From an uncultured Nitrospirota bacterium (GTDB taxonomy: Bacteria > CG2-30-53-67): 64,000 bases of DNA. Below, piece by piece: positions 49,292-59,070 of this stretch (the first letter of the stretch is position 1; each line of letters starts with the position of its first letter). The translations under genes were made by a program, and so were the position numbers. The notes under the pieces are model-generated. The model had not been told where the DNA came from, made no database searches, and worked only from the letters and a program-made list of their open reading frames with translations. The stretch is taken from assembly GCA_945786985.1 (NCBI GenBank), contig CALZGC010000131.1, positions 946 through 64,945 on the forward strand, in the 5' to 3' direction.

Positions 49292-49560
49292 CTCAATTCC
49301 CTCCTTCGCTCACGTCATGCGGCTTCGCACCGCAGCGTTCGTGAACGATTCCCCTGTTTTTGGCGCCGTACCTCGTACCGTCTAGATTAATAGCACGGAT
49401 CCAGCACTTGTCAAGAAGCCGCAAGCGTCCGGCCTTCCAGTCCTTCGGAACGTCTCGCACTCCCCCTTGACATCCCGAATCGGGTGATTATCTTTTGGAC
49501 AGTAGGCTTTAGGATGCGGCCCTAGCCCATCCGCCCAATCAACGACAGGAGGTAAGCACC

Positions 49561-50001
49561 ATGGCCCTTTTGACCCAATTTGATCCGATTGTCAACTTGC
49601 AGTCCCTGAACCGCTGGCTCGACGGGGAGTTCCCCGGTTTTCGTGCATACACGGGGACTTCCACTGAAGAAACCTGGCGTCCCGCGGTGGACATTCTGGA
49701 GGATGTAGATGCCTTCATCATTGAAATCGAAATTCCCGGCATTGCCGAAACAAGCATCGATATGAAAATCGAGAAACAGGTTTTGACATTGACGGGTGCG
49801 CGAGAAACCGATGAGCAGAACCCAACTCGCAAAACGATCAGGAGGGAACGCGCACAGGGAAACTTCGTGCGCTCATTCCAGCTGCCTGACACGGTCGACA
49901 CGGAGAAGATTACCGCGAAGCTGAAGCAGGGGGTGCTGCGAATAGAGCTTCTCAAGAAAGAAGAGACCAAACCGAGGACCATCAAGGTCGAAATGAAATA
50001 A
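49561..50001 (+). CDS. Hsp20/alpha-crystallin small heat-shock protein
   Basis: WRPAVDILEDVDAFIIEIEIPG...GVLRIELLK alpha-crystallin domain. RBS CAGGAGGTAAG. Candidate TTGACA-N16-TATCTT promoter about 70 nt upstream. Confidence 0.85.
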   Translation: MALLTQFDPIVNLQSLNRWLDGEFPGFRAYTGTSTEETWRPAVDILEDVDAFIIEIEIPGIAETSIDMKIEKQVLTLTGARETDEQNPTRKTIRRERAQGNFVRSFQLPDTVDTEKITAKLKQGVLRIELLKKEETKPRTIKVEMK

Positions 50002-50185
50002 CCGCCTCGGTTGACAACCCAAGCCAGGATTCCTCAACGGGGGAGGCGACCCACGTGTCCCTCCCCCGCCTTCCTCCATCCATCGGAAGATCTGTCCCAC
50101 GCCAGCGTCGCACCGAAAAAAAGCCTGTTGCCACAATGGGATACCCCATAGTAAAATAGACCCAGTTCAACACACCGACTGAGAA

Positions 50186-52147
50186 ATGCGAACATCCAAA
50201 TTTCCCGTGGCAGCGCATGCCATGCAAGCAGAGGGCTCCAAGCACGTGATCAGTCGCATTATTGATTTCATTACCTTTGTGGGGCTGCCCATCCGGAAGA
50301 AGTTTCTGCTCTTTTCCATCGGCGTCCTTTTCTGGTTCCTGGTCATCTTCGTGATGAGCGTGGCCACGCTGTACGACATCAACCGCCGCTCGACCAACAT
50401 CGTCGACTCCATCATTCCCCATGACCGCATCGCCCAGAAGACCACCCGAAAGCTGCAGAGTCTCCACGTGGATGCCGTGGAAATCACGGACGCCTCTAAC
50501 CTGGAGTTCGTAACGCAGCGCACAATGGTCTCAAAGTCCAGGCTGAAAGATATCGATACCTTTCTAGCCGCCTTCGCCCGCGGGGGCCGAGTCCATGACT
50601 ACTCCCGGGACACCGATGAGCTCATTGAAAGTTTCGAGGTCGTCCCGGTCACAGAATACGCAGAGGGCGCCAAGTATGTGCAGGAATTGTCAGGGCTGAT
50701 CGAGACACTGGGCCTCGCCTTCGACGAACTGGCCCGCGTCAAGGGGGAGCTGCTCCAAGGCAGGGAACCGGAGGCCGTTGCGTTGCCGGGGGTCTATCAG
50801 AAGTTGCAAAAGGATCTGGCCGCGGCGCGGACCCTGTCTAACGGCTTCTCCGCCAAGTCGGCCTATCTCTACCAAGTGCAGTCGCAGAAGATCAAAGACG
50901 CTGTGCACTGTACCTCGTCGGCCGTCGTCGTCGTGCTCGTGATCGCCACCTCCCTGCTGGCACTTTTTACCATCTGGATTTCCCGTTCACTGGCCAACCC
51001 CATCAACTCCATGATCAAGCAAATCCATGCCCTCGGTGAGGGCACAGCCGATTTGTCCCAGAAGATCACCGTTTCCACGAAAGACGAAATCGGAAAGCTC
51101 TCATCCGAGTTCAATGGACTCATGGAGTCGATTCACGGAATGGCCACTTTCAAGAAGGTGATCGAGGAAGACGATACCCTGGATGATGTCTACCATCGCC
51201 TGGGGCGGGAATTTCGTAATGTCGTCGGGTTGGAGGAGTTCATCATTTTTGAAGTCGAAAAGAACGCCAAGAAAATGAAGGCGGCCTACCCGTTCCTGCT
51301 GCCCCATGAGGAGATCCACTGTCACGAGGACATTCTGGTGAACTCCGATCTCTGCCGAGCCAGGAAGACGGGACACCAAGTCTCCTCCCTGAGCTATCCG
51401 GGCATGTGCAGACAGTTTCGCGCGGACACCGGGAAGGAACACATCTGCCTTCCCATGATCGTTGGAGGCAGCACGGGCGGCGTGGTCCAATTCCTCTTCG
51501 ATAAGAACGGGCGGGCGACGGTGCATACAGACGCCATCGACCGGAAAGTTTTTGCGGCAGCCCAATACATCCAGGAATCCCTTTCGGTGATCGAGGCCAA
51601 GAAGCTCATGAACACCCTGAGAGAGTCGGCCATCAAGGACTCCCTGACGGGGCTTTATAACCGACGTTTTCTGCAGGACTATACGGAAACCCTCGTCGCG
51701 GGAGCCTTGCGGCGCGGGAAAGCCATCGGCCTGATCATGTGCGACCTCGATTACTTCAAACAGGTCAACGACACCTACGGCCATGATGTGGGTGACGCCA
51801 TCCTTCGAGAAACGGCCGCGACCCTGACCGAGTGCGTCCGCAAGACGGATTTCGTGCTGCGCTTCGGAGGCGAGGAGTTTCTGGTTCTGCTCGTCGATGT
51901 GGAAGAGGGAGAAGCGCTCACAATCGCCGAGAAGATCCGCACGACCTTGGCCGCCAAAAAACTCAAGGTTCCCGACGGCACCCTAACGAAAACCATCAGC
52001 CTCGGCGTCAGCGAGTTCCCCACCGACACCGAGGGCATCTGGCAGGCCATCAAGTACGCCGACGTGGCCCTCTACGAGGCGAAGCACCGCGGCAGGAACC
52101 TGACGGTTCGATTCGCATCCGAGATGTGGACCGAGGCAAAGTTCTAG
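50186..52147 (+). CDS. GGDEF diguanylate cyclase with N-terminal TM/HAMP and GAF-like sensor region
   Basis: RFGGEEF active site with an RxxD I-site upstream. Two TM helices and a HAMP. 653 aa. Confidence 0.8.
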   Translation: MRTSKFPVAAHAMQAEGSKHVISRIIDFITFVGLPIRKKFLLFSIGVLFWFLVIFVMSVATLYDINRRSTNIVDSIIPHDRIAQKTTRKLQSLHVDAVEITDASNLEFVTQRTMVSKSRLKDIDTFLAAFARGGRVHDYSRDTDELIESFEVVPVTEYAEGAKYVQELSGLIETLGLAFDELARVKGELLQGREPEAVALPGVYQKLQKDLAAARTLSNGFSAKSAYLYQVQSQKIKDAVHCTSSAVVVVLVIATSLLALFTIWISRSLANPINSMIKQIHALGEGTADLSQKITVSTKDEIGKLSSEFNGLMESIHGMATFKKVIEEDDTLDDVYHRLGREFRNVVGLEEFIIFEVEKNAKKMKAAYPFLLPHEEIHCHEDILVNSDLCRARKTGHQVSSLSYPGMCRQFRADTGKEHICLPMIVGGSTGGVVQFLFDKNGRATVHTDAIDRKVFAAAQYIQESLSVIEAKKLMNTLRESAIKDSLTGLYNRRFLQDYTETLVAGALRRGKAIGLIMCDLDYFKQVNDTYGHDVGDAILRETAATLTECVRKTDFVLRFGGEEFLVLLVDVEEGEALTIAEKIRTTLAAKKLKVPDGTLTKTISLGVSEFPTDTEGIWQAIKYADVALYEAKHRGRNLTVRFASEMWTEAKF

Positions 52148-52500
52148 ACCCCCGCCGTTTCTTCTCAAAATCGCACCAACCGTGGACACTCCGGCAACCC
52201 CTGTTTTCCGATCCTCCCGGAGTCCCTTCGAAAGAACTCTCCGATCAGGCGGGCCGATACGCAATCGGTCACGCAGCACGCAGCCTGGCACCCGGGGATA
52301 GGTTGTGAAAAAAGTGTGAAAAAAGCTTCCCAAGGTGCCGCATGTCCCGATTCCCCGGGCGCCGCCGCCTCCCACTGGAAACGCTTTTCATCGAGGAAAG
52401 GCACGACCCGCCGCAGTCTCACCCCGTCAAGTGCCAAAAAGGGCATAACCGACACTCTATCGCTTGACAATCGAGCGCCAATTGAATAGCATACGGCGTG

Positions 52501-52691
52501 CTAACCTGGATATTGCATGAGTCATCGTCGTGAGAGGCCCCCCAGATCCTGGAGGCGCCACAGTCAAGGCGCAGAAGATTGACTGGCTGAAGGCCTATTG
52601 AAGTATTTCGAAGTCAGTAAATCTTCTGTAACGCCACATGGAGCAGACTATCCCGCCCCGCAATTGATTGCCTCATGCAATGTACGGGCTA
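52501..52691. mobile_element. MITE-like element, copy 4 (~191 bp, internal-deletion derivative of copy 3)
   Basis: CTAACCTGGATATTGCATGAGTCATCGTCGTGAGAGGCCCC...GTCAAGGCGCAGAAGATTGACTGGCTGAAGG...TTCTGTAACGCCACATGGAGCAGACTATCC...CCTCATGCAATGTACGGGCTA. Confidence 0.8.
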
Positions 52692-52753
52692 TACCGGGCC
52701 GAGATCTGGGGGGCCGCAGCCGAAACGATAGTGTCCTCATGAAGGAGATCGGG

Positions 52754-54649
52754 ATGGGAAAATACCAGGATATTTTCGACAGGAGCATCAGGGATCCACA
52801 GGGCTTTTGGGGTGAAGCCGCCGAGGCCATTGCGTGGGACCAGAAATGGGACAAGGTGCTGGACGATTCGAATGCCCCCTTTTACCGTTGGTTTGTCGGC
52901 GGGGAATTGAACACCTGTTACAACGCCCTGGACCGCCACGTCGAAGGGGGCCGGGCCGATCAGGTGGCCATCATCTATGACAGCCCCGTGACCGGCCAGG
53001 TCCGGAAAATCACCTACCGGGAGCTCCTGGACCAGGTCTCGAAATTTGCCGGCGCGCTGCAGGGACTGGGGGTCGGGAAGGGAGACACGGTGGTTGTTTA
53101 CATGCCCATGGTTCCGGAGGCGGCCGTGGCCATGCTGGCCTGTGCCCGCCTGGGGGCAATCCACTCGGTGGTCTTCGGGGGCTTTGCGCCCAACGAGTTG
53201 GCCATCCGGATCGACGATGCGAAACCCAAAGCGATGGTCACCGCCTCCTGCGGCATCGAGGTCAAACGCCTCATCGAATACAAGCCGCTGCTCGACAAGG
53301 CCATCGAACTGGCCAAGAACAAGCCGCAGCACTGCGTGATCCTCCAGAGACCGCAGGCCAAGGCCACACTCAAGCCCGGTCGGGACCATGACTGGGAAGC
53401 GCTGACGAGCGGGGCCAAACCGGCCGCGTGTGTGCCGGTCCAGGCGACGGATCCACTCTATATTCTCTACACCTCCGGGACGACGGGCATGCCCAAGGGG
53501 GTGGTCCGGGACAACGGCGGCCACGCCGTGGCTCTCCGGTGGAGTATGGAGAACATCTACGATGTGGCGCCGGGCGATGTCTACTGGGCGGCCTCCGACG
53601 TCGGATGGGTTGTCGGGCACTCCTACATCGTTTATGCTCCGCTGATCACGGGCTGCACCACGGTGCTCTTCGAGGGCAAGCCCGTGGGAACGCCCGACCC
53701 CGGCGCCTTCTGGCGGGTCATCTCGGAACATGACGTGAAGGTTCTCTTTACCGCCCCCACGGCGTTCAGAGCGATCAAACGGGACGATCCCAATGGAGAA
53801 TATCTCAAGAAATACGACCTCTCCGGATTCAAATACCTGTTTCTGGCCGGCGAGCGCCTCGATCCAGACACCTACCACTGGGCCAGCGAGCGTCTCAATC
53901 GCCCCGTGATCGATCACTGGTGGCAGACCGAAACGGGGTGGCCCATCACCGCCAACCCCATGGGGATCGAGCCATTTCCCGTCAAACCGGGCTCATCGAC
54001 GAAACCCGTCCCCGGATACAACATCAAGATACTCGATCCCGAAGGCAAGGAGCTGGGGGCTAACCAGGAAGGCCTTGTGGCGGCAAAGCTCCCGCTGCCG
54101 CCGGGCAACCTGCCGACCCTCTGGCAGGCCGATCAGCGGTTCAAAGAATCTTACACCGAGCCCTACCCGGGTTACTACTTTACCAGCGACGGCGGCTACA
54201 TCGACGACGAGGGGTATGTCTTCGTCATGGGGCGGGTGGACGATGTCATCAATGTGGCGGGGCACCGTCTCTCCACCGGGGCCCTGGAGGAAGTGGTCGC
54301 CACGCACCCCGACGTGGCCGAGTGTGCGGTGATCGGCGTCGCGGACACCCTGAAAGGGCAACTCCCTCTCGGTTTTGCCGTTCTCAAATCAGGGGTTAGT
54401 ACGGATCACGGGAACATACAGAAGACCCTGATCCAGATGGTCCGCGAACAGGTTGGGGCCGTTGCGGCCTTCAAAAAGGTTGCCATTGTCGGCAGTCTCC
54501 CGAAGACCCGATCCGGCAAGATCCTGCGGGGAACCATGCGGAAAATCGCCGATGGAGAATCCTACAAGGTTCCATCCACCATCGACGATCCTGCCATTCT
54601 GGGTCAGATCGAAACGGCTTTGAAGGATATCGGCTACGGGGGAAAATAA
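52754..54649 (+). CDS. AMP-forming acyl-CoA synthetase of the acetyl-/propionyl-CoA synthetase (Acs/PrpE) family
   Basis: N-terminus YQDIFDRSIRDPQGFWGEAA...DSNAPFYRWFVGGELNTCYNALDRH resembles the PrpE/Acs N-terminus. AMP-binding motif YTSGTTGMPKGV. Start at the second ATG (52754) with RBS AAGGAGA. The longer upstream frame would run into the MITE. Confidence 0.8.
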   Translation: MGKYQDIFDRSIRDPQGFWGEAAEAIAWDQKWDKVLDDSNAPFYRWFVGGELNTCYNALDRHVEGGRADQVAIIYDSPVTGQVRKITYRELLDQVSKFAGALQGLGVGKGDTVVVYMPMVPEAAVAMLACARLGAIHSVVFGGFAPNELAIRIDDAKPKAMVTASCGIEVKRLIEYKPLLDKAIELAKNKPQHCVILQRPQAKATLKPGRDHDWEALTSGAKPAACVPVQATDPLYILYTSGTTGMPKGVVRDNGGHAVALRWSMENIYDVAPGDVYWAASDVGWVVGHSYIVYAPLITGCTTVLFEGKPVGTPDPGAFWRVISEHDVKVLFTAPTAFRAIKRDDPNGEYLKKYDLSGFKYLFLAGERLDPDTYHWASERLNRPVIDHWWQTETGWPITANPMGIEPFPVKPGSSTKPVPGYNIKILDPEGKELGANQEGLVAAKLPLPPGNLPTLWQADQRFKESYTEPYPGYYFTSDGGYIDDEGYVFVMGRVDDVINVAGHRLSTGALEEVVATHPDVAECAVIGVADTLKGQLPLGFAVLKSGVSTDHGNIQKTLIQMVREQVGAVAAFKKVAIVGSLPKTRSGKILRGTMRKIADGESYKVPSTIDDPAILGQIETALKDIGYGGK

Positions 54650-54691
54650 CGGGCACGGGGGGCCGTTGCGCCCTCCGGCTCTTCGCTTGGG

Positions 54692-55906
54692 CTATAGAAT
54701 AAGGAGTTTGATCAGGAGCATGCTGATCGCGGCGATCGTGGCGGTGGAGCAGATACTCAGCAGGACCGGTTTGTAGCCGACCCGCATCAGTTGCCGTAGA
54801 TCCGTTTCCAGACCCATCCCCGCCATGGCCATGGTCAGCAGAAACATGTCAAAGATCTCGATCCACCGGATCGCCTTCGGCGTGAAGAACTCCAATGAGT
54901 TCAGCACGACCATCCCCACGAATCCCAGAAGGAAATAGGGGAAGGCCACCCTGGCGGCCGCCGCACCGTCGCCCCCTTGAGGGCCCCGGTTGACCGCAAG
55001 CCAGGAGAGGACGAAAGCCACCGGCACCAGCGCGGCCACTCGCGTCAGCTTGACGATGGTGCCTATCTCTCCGCTCACCTCGCCGCCGCCGAAGGCTGCG
55101 GCAATCACCTGCGCCACCTCATGGATGGACGCGCCGGCCCAGAATCCATACTGCGCGTCGCTCAGATGAAAGATCCCGAGCTTGTGCAGCAGCGGGTAGA
55201 GCAGCATGGAGACGGTTCCAAAGATGGTAATGGAACTGATGGCGACGATCACGTGCTCCTCCCGGGAGCGAGTGATGGCCCCGGCCGTCAGGATCGCAGA
55301 GGCACCGCAGATGGAGGTCCCCGTTGCAATGAGCAGCGTCTGTGAGGGGTCCATCCCCAGCACCTTTCCGGCACCCACGGTGGCCAGCAGGGTGACGGTC
55401 AGCGGAACCAGCGCGATGGCCGCACCCTCCCACCCCAGTCCCGTGATCTGTTCAAAGGTGATCCGAACCCCGAGCAGCGCCACGGCAAATCGCAGCACCT
55501 GTCGCATGGAGAAGAAGATCCCCTGCTTATAGGCCGCCGGCAGGATGAACGCATTTCGCAGGACCATCCCCATGGCCATGGCCGCTATCAGAGGGGTCAC
55601 ATAATGAAGCTGGGCCCCCGTATGCAGCGCCATGGCCGAGATCACAGCGGTGAGCATGAGTCCCGGCAGAAGTATCTCGACTTCCGGCGGTACGATGAAC
55701 CTGAATTTGATGGCCAGGGACTCGCGCGCACCCCCCGGATCGATGACGCTATCCCCACCGGTATGGCTCTGATCCACGTTCAACTCCTTCCCCGAAAAGA
55801 CGGCCTGGAAAGTTTCGTCCCGGTTGCCGGCACGGGAGGCATTATCATGATCCGAACGAACCAAGTCAAATGCATTCGGCTCATGGTTGCCATGCGTTTG
55901 AAGCAT
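54692..55906 (-). CDS. YeiH/UPF0324-family putative sulfate exporter-type membrane protein
   Basis: Polytopic membrane protein with YeiH-like pattern. The true start is probably internal (roughly 55657-55750). Confidence 0.55.
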   Translation of the reverse strand: MLQTHGNHEPNAFDLVRSDHDNASRAGNRDETFQAVFSGKELNVDQSHTGGDSVIDPGGARESLAIKFRFIVPPEVEILLPGLMLTAVISAMALHTGAQLHYVTPLIAAMAMGMVLRNAFILPAAYKQGIFFSMRQVLRFAVALLGVRITFEQITGLGWEGAAIALVPLTVTLLATVGAGKVLGMDPSQTLLIATGTSICGASAILTAGAITRSREEHVIVAISSITIFGTVSMLLYPLLHKLGIFHLSDAQYGFWAGASIHEVAQVIAAAFGGGEVSGEIGTIVKLTRVAALVPVAFVLSWLAVNRGPQGGDGAAAARVAFPYFLLGFVGMVVLNSLEFFTPKAIRWIEIFDMFLLTMAMAGMGLETDLRQLMRVGYKPVLLSICSTATIAAISMLLIKLLIL

Positions 55907-55981
55907 GGATGCAACCAGACGATCTTTGGCGGGTAGAGGAGGAAAGACAAACGGGTTTCAGGATCGGTCCCGCGTGCGGTT

Positions 55982-57796
55982 CTAGCGATACCCTGCGGCC
56001 TGCAGGGAAAAGAGGCGGGCATAGTGCCCGTCGGCAGCCATGAGTTGTTCGTGACTGCCGTGCTCGATGATTCGGCCCTCCTGAATGACCAGGATCTTGT
56101 TGGCCATTCGCACCGTTGAGAAGCGGTGGGAAATGAGAATGGCCATCCGGTCTCCGGCGAGATTCCGGACGTGTTCGAAGATCTCCGCCTCGGCCTGGGC
56201 GTCGATGGAAGCCGTCGGCTCGTCGAGCACCAGAATGTCCGCCTGGCTCCGCATGAACGCGCGCGCCAGGGCGATCTTCTGCCACTCCCCGCCGGAGAGT
56301 TCCTTGCCACCCTTGAACCATCGGCCCAGCTGGGTCCAATAGGTCTCGGGCAGGGACTCGACGAAGGGAGCTGCCATCCCCATCTCCGCCGCACGTTCCC
56401 ATCGGGACCGGTCCTCGAAGTGCTTCACGTCTCCGGCGCCGATGTTTTCACCCACCAGAAGCTGGTAGCGGGCGAAATCCTGGAAAATCACTCCGATCCG
56501 CTGTCGCAGCGACTCGGGATCCCACTGTGCAAGATCGGTCCCATCCAGGAGAATGCGGCCCGACGTCGGGGTGTAGAGGCGGGTCAGCAGTTTGATCAGG
56601 GTCGTTTTTCCGGAGCCGTTCTGACCGACCAGGGCCAGACTCTCCCCTGGCTTCAGCGCAAAGGAAATACCCTCCAACGCAGCGCTGTCGGTGCCGGGGT
56701 AGGTAAAGGTGACGTTTTCGAACCGGACACCGTCGCCGGGCACGGCGCCCGCTGTTTCGATCCCAGGCGCTGCGGGGACCTCCTGTTCGAGGTATTCGTA
56801 GAGGTTCGACAGATAGAGGTTGTCCTCGTACATACCGCCGATGGCGCTCAGGCTCGCCGAGACCGCGGCCTGACCCTGCTTGAAGACCAGCAGATACATG
56901 GTCATCTGGCCGAGGGAGATGCGGCCGGCAATGGTGGACAGAGCCACCCAGGCATAGGCGCCGTAGAAGGCGGCGGTCCCGATCAGCCCGAGACCGTACC
57001 CCCACAGACCGCGCCGCAAGGTCAGCCGCCGGTCTTCCCCGTAGAGCGTGCGGAAGATCCCGTGATAGCGATCGAGCAGGAGGGGGCCGAGCTGGTAGAG
57101 CTTGACCTCCTTGGCATAGTCCTCCCGGGCCAGCACGGTTTCGAGGTAGAACTGCTTGCGGGTTTCCGGTGAGCGCCACCGGAAAAGGCGGAAGGCGTCG
57201 CCGGAGAATTTTGCCTCCCCCACGAACTCGGGCAGGCCCGCCACCACTAGAACGGCCACAGCCCACGGGGAGAATTGCACGAGCAGCACGCCGTAGCTCA
57301 CCAGAGAAATCCCCTGCTGGATCAGTCCAAAGGTTTTAGTGATAAGGCTGAGCGGCCGGCTCGAGGCCTCCCGGCGCGCGCGGGTCAGTTTGTCGTAGAA
57401 CTCGGAGTCTTCGAAGTTGGCCATCTCCAGGCTCAGCGCCTTTTCCAGAATCATCACATTGACCCGCTGTCCCAGCAGAGCCCGGAGCAGCGACTGACAG
57501 ATGGAAATGCCCCGTTGGGCGCCGGCGAGCAGCACCACGATGGCCGCCTCCAGCCCTACAAAGTAGAGCACCGGGGCCGCATCGATCGCCCCGCCGGCCA
57601 TCCGCTGGTTGATGGCAGCCACGACGCCGTCCACGATCAGTTTGCCCACGTACGCCGCCCCAGCCGGCAGAACCCCGGCCACCAGGGTGAGCACCGCAAG
57701 GATCATGGTCAGACCGCGGCTCGTTGACCAGACCAATGCAATGGCCCGGCGGCTGTACCGGAAAACACCGAGAAAACGGCCGAAGGGGTCAGTCAT
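55982..57796 (-). CDS. ABC transporter, fused permease/ATPase (MsbA-like exporter family)
   Basis: Six-TM N-domain. Walker A GQNGSGKT, signature LSGGEWQKIALARA, Walker B ILVLDEPTASID. 604 aa. Confidence 0.85.
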   Translation of the reverse strand: MTDPFGRFLGVFRYSRRAIALVWSTSRGLTMILAVLTLVAGVLPAGAAYVGKLIVDGVVAAINQRMAGGAIDAAPVLYFVGLEAAIVVLLAGAQRGISICQSLLRALLGQRVNVMILEKALSLEMANFEDSEFYDKLTRARREASSRPLSLITKTFGLIQQGISLVSYGVLLVQFSPWAVAVLVVAGLPEFVGEAKFSGDAFRLFRWRSPETRKQFYLETVLAREDYAKEVKLYQLGPLLLDRYHGIFRTLYGEDRRLTLRRGLWGYGLGLIGTAAFYGAYAWVALSTIAGRISLGQMTMYLLVFKQGQAAVSASLSAIGGMYEDNLYLSNLYEYLEQEVPAAPGIETAGAVPGDGVRFENVTFTYPGTDSAALEGISFALKPGESLALVGQNGSGKTTLIKLLTRLYTPTSGRILLDGTDLAQWDPESLRQRIGVIFQDFARYQLLVGENIGAGDVKHFEDRSRWERAAEMGMAAPFVESLPETYWTQLGRWFKGGKELSGGEWQKIALARAFMRSQADILVLDEPTASIDAQAEAEIFEHVRNLAGDRMAILISHRFSTVRMANKILVIQEGRIIEHGSHEQLMAADGHYARLFSLQAAGYR

Positions 57797-57916
57797 GCGT
57801 CACTCGAGGGAAAAGTCTTGGCGGACATGGAGGACCTGATAAAAGTACAGCGGGTGCACTCAAAAGTAAAGCGTTAATCTCTTTACAGGATCAGTGCAAT
57901 GTCCTGGCGCAAGTCT

Positions 57917-57936
57917 AAACGGTTGCCGAACCGTTT
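57917..57936. promoter_or_regulatory. Perfect palindrome AAACGGTT-GCCG-AACCGTTT (8-bp arms)
   Basis: About 120 bp upstream of the ABC-exporter start and 130 bp downstream of the pirin stop. No U-tract. Operator-like symmetry. Confidence 0.25.
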
Positions 57937-58069
57937 GTGAACCCGCTTGAGCAGATCTCGCATGCTGATACGCTGGGGGCATCAAAGGGTGGAATTCGGT
58001 GGGACAAAGGCGCCCCGCGGAGCTTCGGTTGATATCATCCGCTTGCAGGAGAAAGTGCCTCCTCCCGCA

Positions 58070-58972
58070 TCAGGGGCGGCCGTCTTTGCCGAGCTTCACA
58101 AACGTACCCTGCTCATATTCTTCGAAGGCAACCCGCAGCTCCTCCTGCGTGTTCATGACGATGGGTCCCCGCCACGCCACGGGCTCCCCGATGGGCTTCC
58201 CGGAAATCAGGAGGAAGCGGACGGCCTCATCTTCGGTGCCCACTGCCAGGGAGTCACCGTCCCCGAAAAGAATCAGGGTCTCGTTGCCGATGAGAGCACC
58301 CCCAGGCACCTCCCGGTTTGGAGCGGTCTGCTCTTCCCCCGAAAAGTCACCCCGGCCACCGATGACATAGACAAAGACGGTGTGCCCCCGCTTCGTCGGG
58401 TGGGTGAAGTGGGTGCCGGGCGGCACCGTCACATCCAGGTACTCCGGATCGATCACAATGTCCCCGACGGCGCCTTGCGTGTCCCCGATCTGCCCGCTGA
58501 TGATCCTGATTTCTGTGCCATCGTCCAGCCGCACCTTCGGAATTTGCGCAGCCTGGATATCCCGGTACCGCGGGTCCATCATCTTCCGGGCGGCCGGCAG
58601 GTTGGCCCAGAGCTGAAAGCCTTCCATCCGCCCTTCGGCATCCCCCTTCGGCATCTCCTGATGGATGATCCCGCTGCCAGCGGTCATCCACTGGACGTCT
58701 CCCGAAGTAATATCTCCGCGGTTTCCCATGCTGTCGCCGTGCTCCACATCTCCCCGGAGAACATAGGTAATCGTCTCGATGCCCCGATGCGGGTGCCATG
58801 GAAATCCTTTCAGGTAATGCTCCGGATTGTCCGAGCGGAAATCATCGAGCATCAGGAAAGGGTCGAACCGGGGCACGTCGCTGGAGCCGAAGGCCCGCCT
58901 GAGGTGAACGCCGGCCCCTTCGATGACCGACTTGCTCTTGAAAACTCTACGAATGCTTCTGGACGCTTCCAT
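58070..58972 (-). CDS. Pirin-family protein
   Basis: Bicupin with the ..HPHRGIETITYVLRGDVEHGDSMGN.. metal-site region. Start at MEASRS (58972) with RBS GGGAG. Confidence 0.8.
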   Translation of the reverse strand: MEASRSIRRVFKSKSVIEGAGVHLRRAFGSSDVPRFDPFLMLDDFRSDNPEHYLKGFPWHPHRGIETITYVLRGDVEHGDSMGNRGDITSGDVQWMTAGSGIIHQEMPKGDAEGRMEGFQLWANLPAARKMMDPRYRDIQAAQIPKVRLDDGTEIRIISGQIGDTQGAVGDIVIDPEYLDVTVPPGTHFTHPTKRGHTVFVYVIGGRGDFSGEEQTAPNREVPGGALIGNETLILFGDGDSLAVGTEDEAVRFLLISGKPIGEPVAWRGPIVMNTQEELRVAFEEYEQGTFVKLGKDGRP

Positions 58973-59070
58973 GACCACACTCCCATGTTTTTGAAGAAGC
59001 AGCGGCTCTCTTGCATGGGCCGTGTTGCAACGCGGGCACGGCTCGCCTCCAGGTGCCGCCGCCTCGGGCT

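Noticed and set aside
49292-49560. ROSE-type RNA thermometer in the hsp20 leader
   Set aside because: The ~70-nt leader has a short GGATG/CATCC stem but no anti-SD (UYGCU/CCUCC) segment pairing with the AGGAGG RBS. Insufficient evidence.
52598-52753. N-terminal extension of the acyl-CoA synthetase ORF into MITE copy 4
   Set aside because: The extension would translate the repeat element. An internal ATG at 52754 has a good RBS (AAGGAGA) and matches the canonical Acs/PrpE N-terminus.
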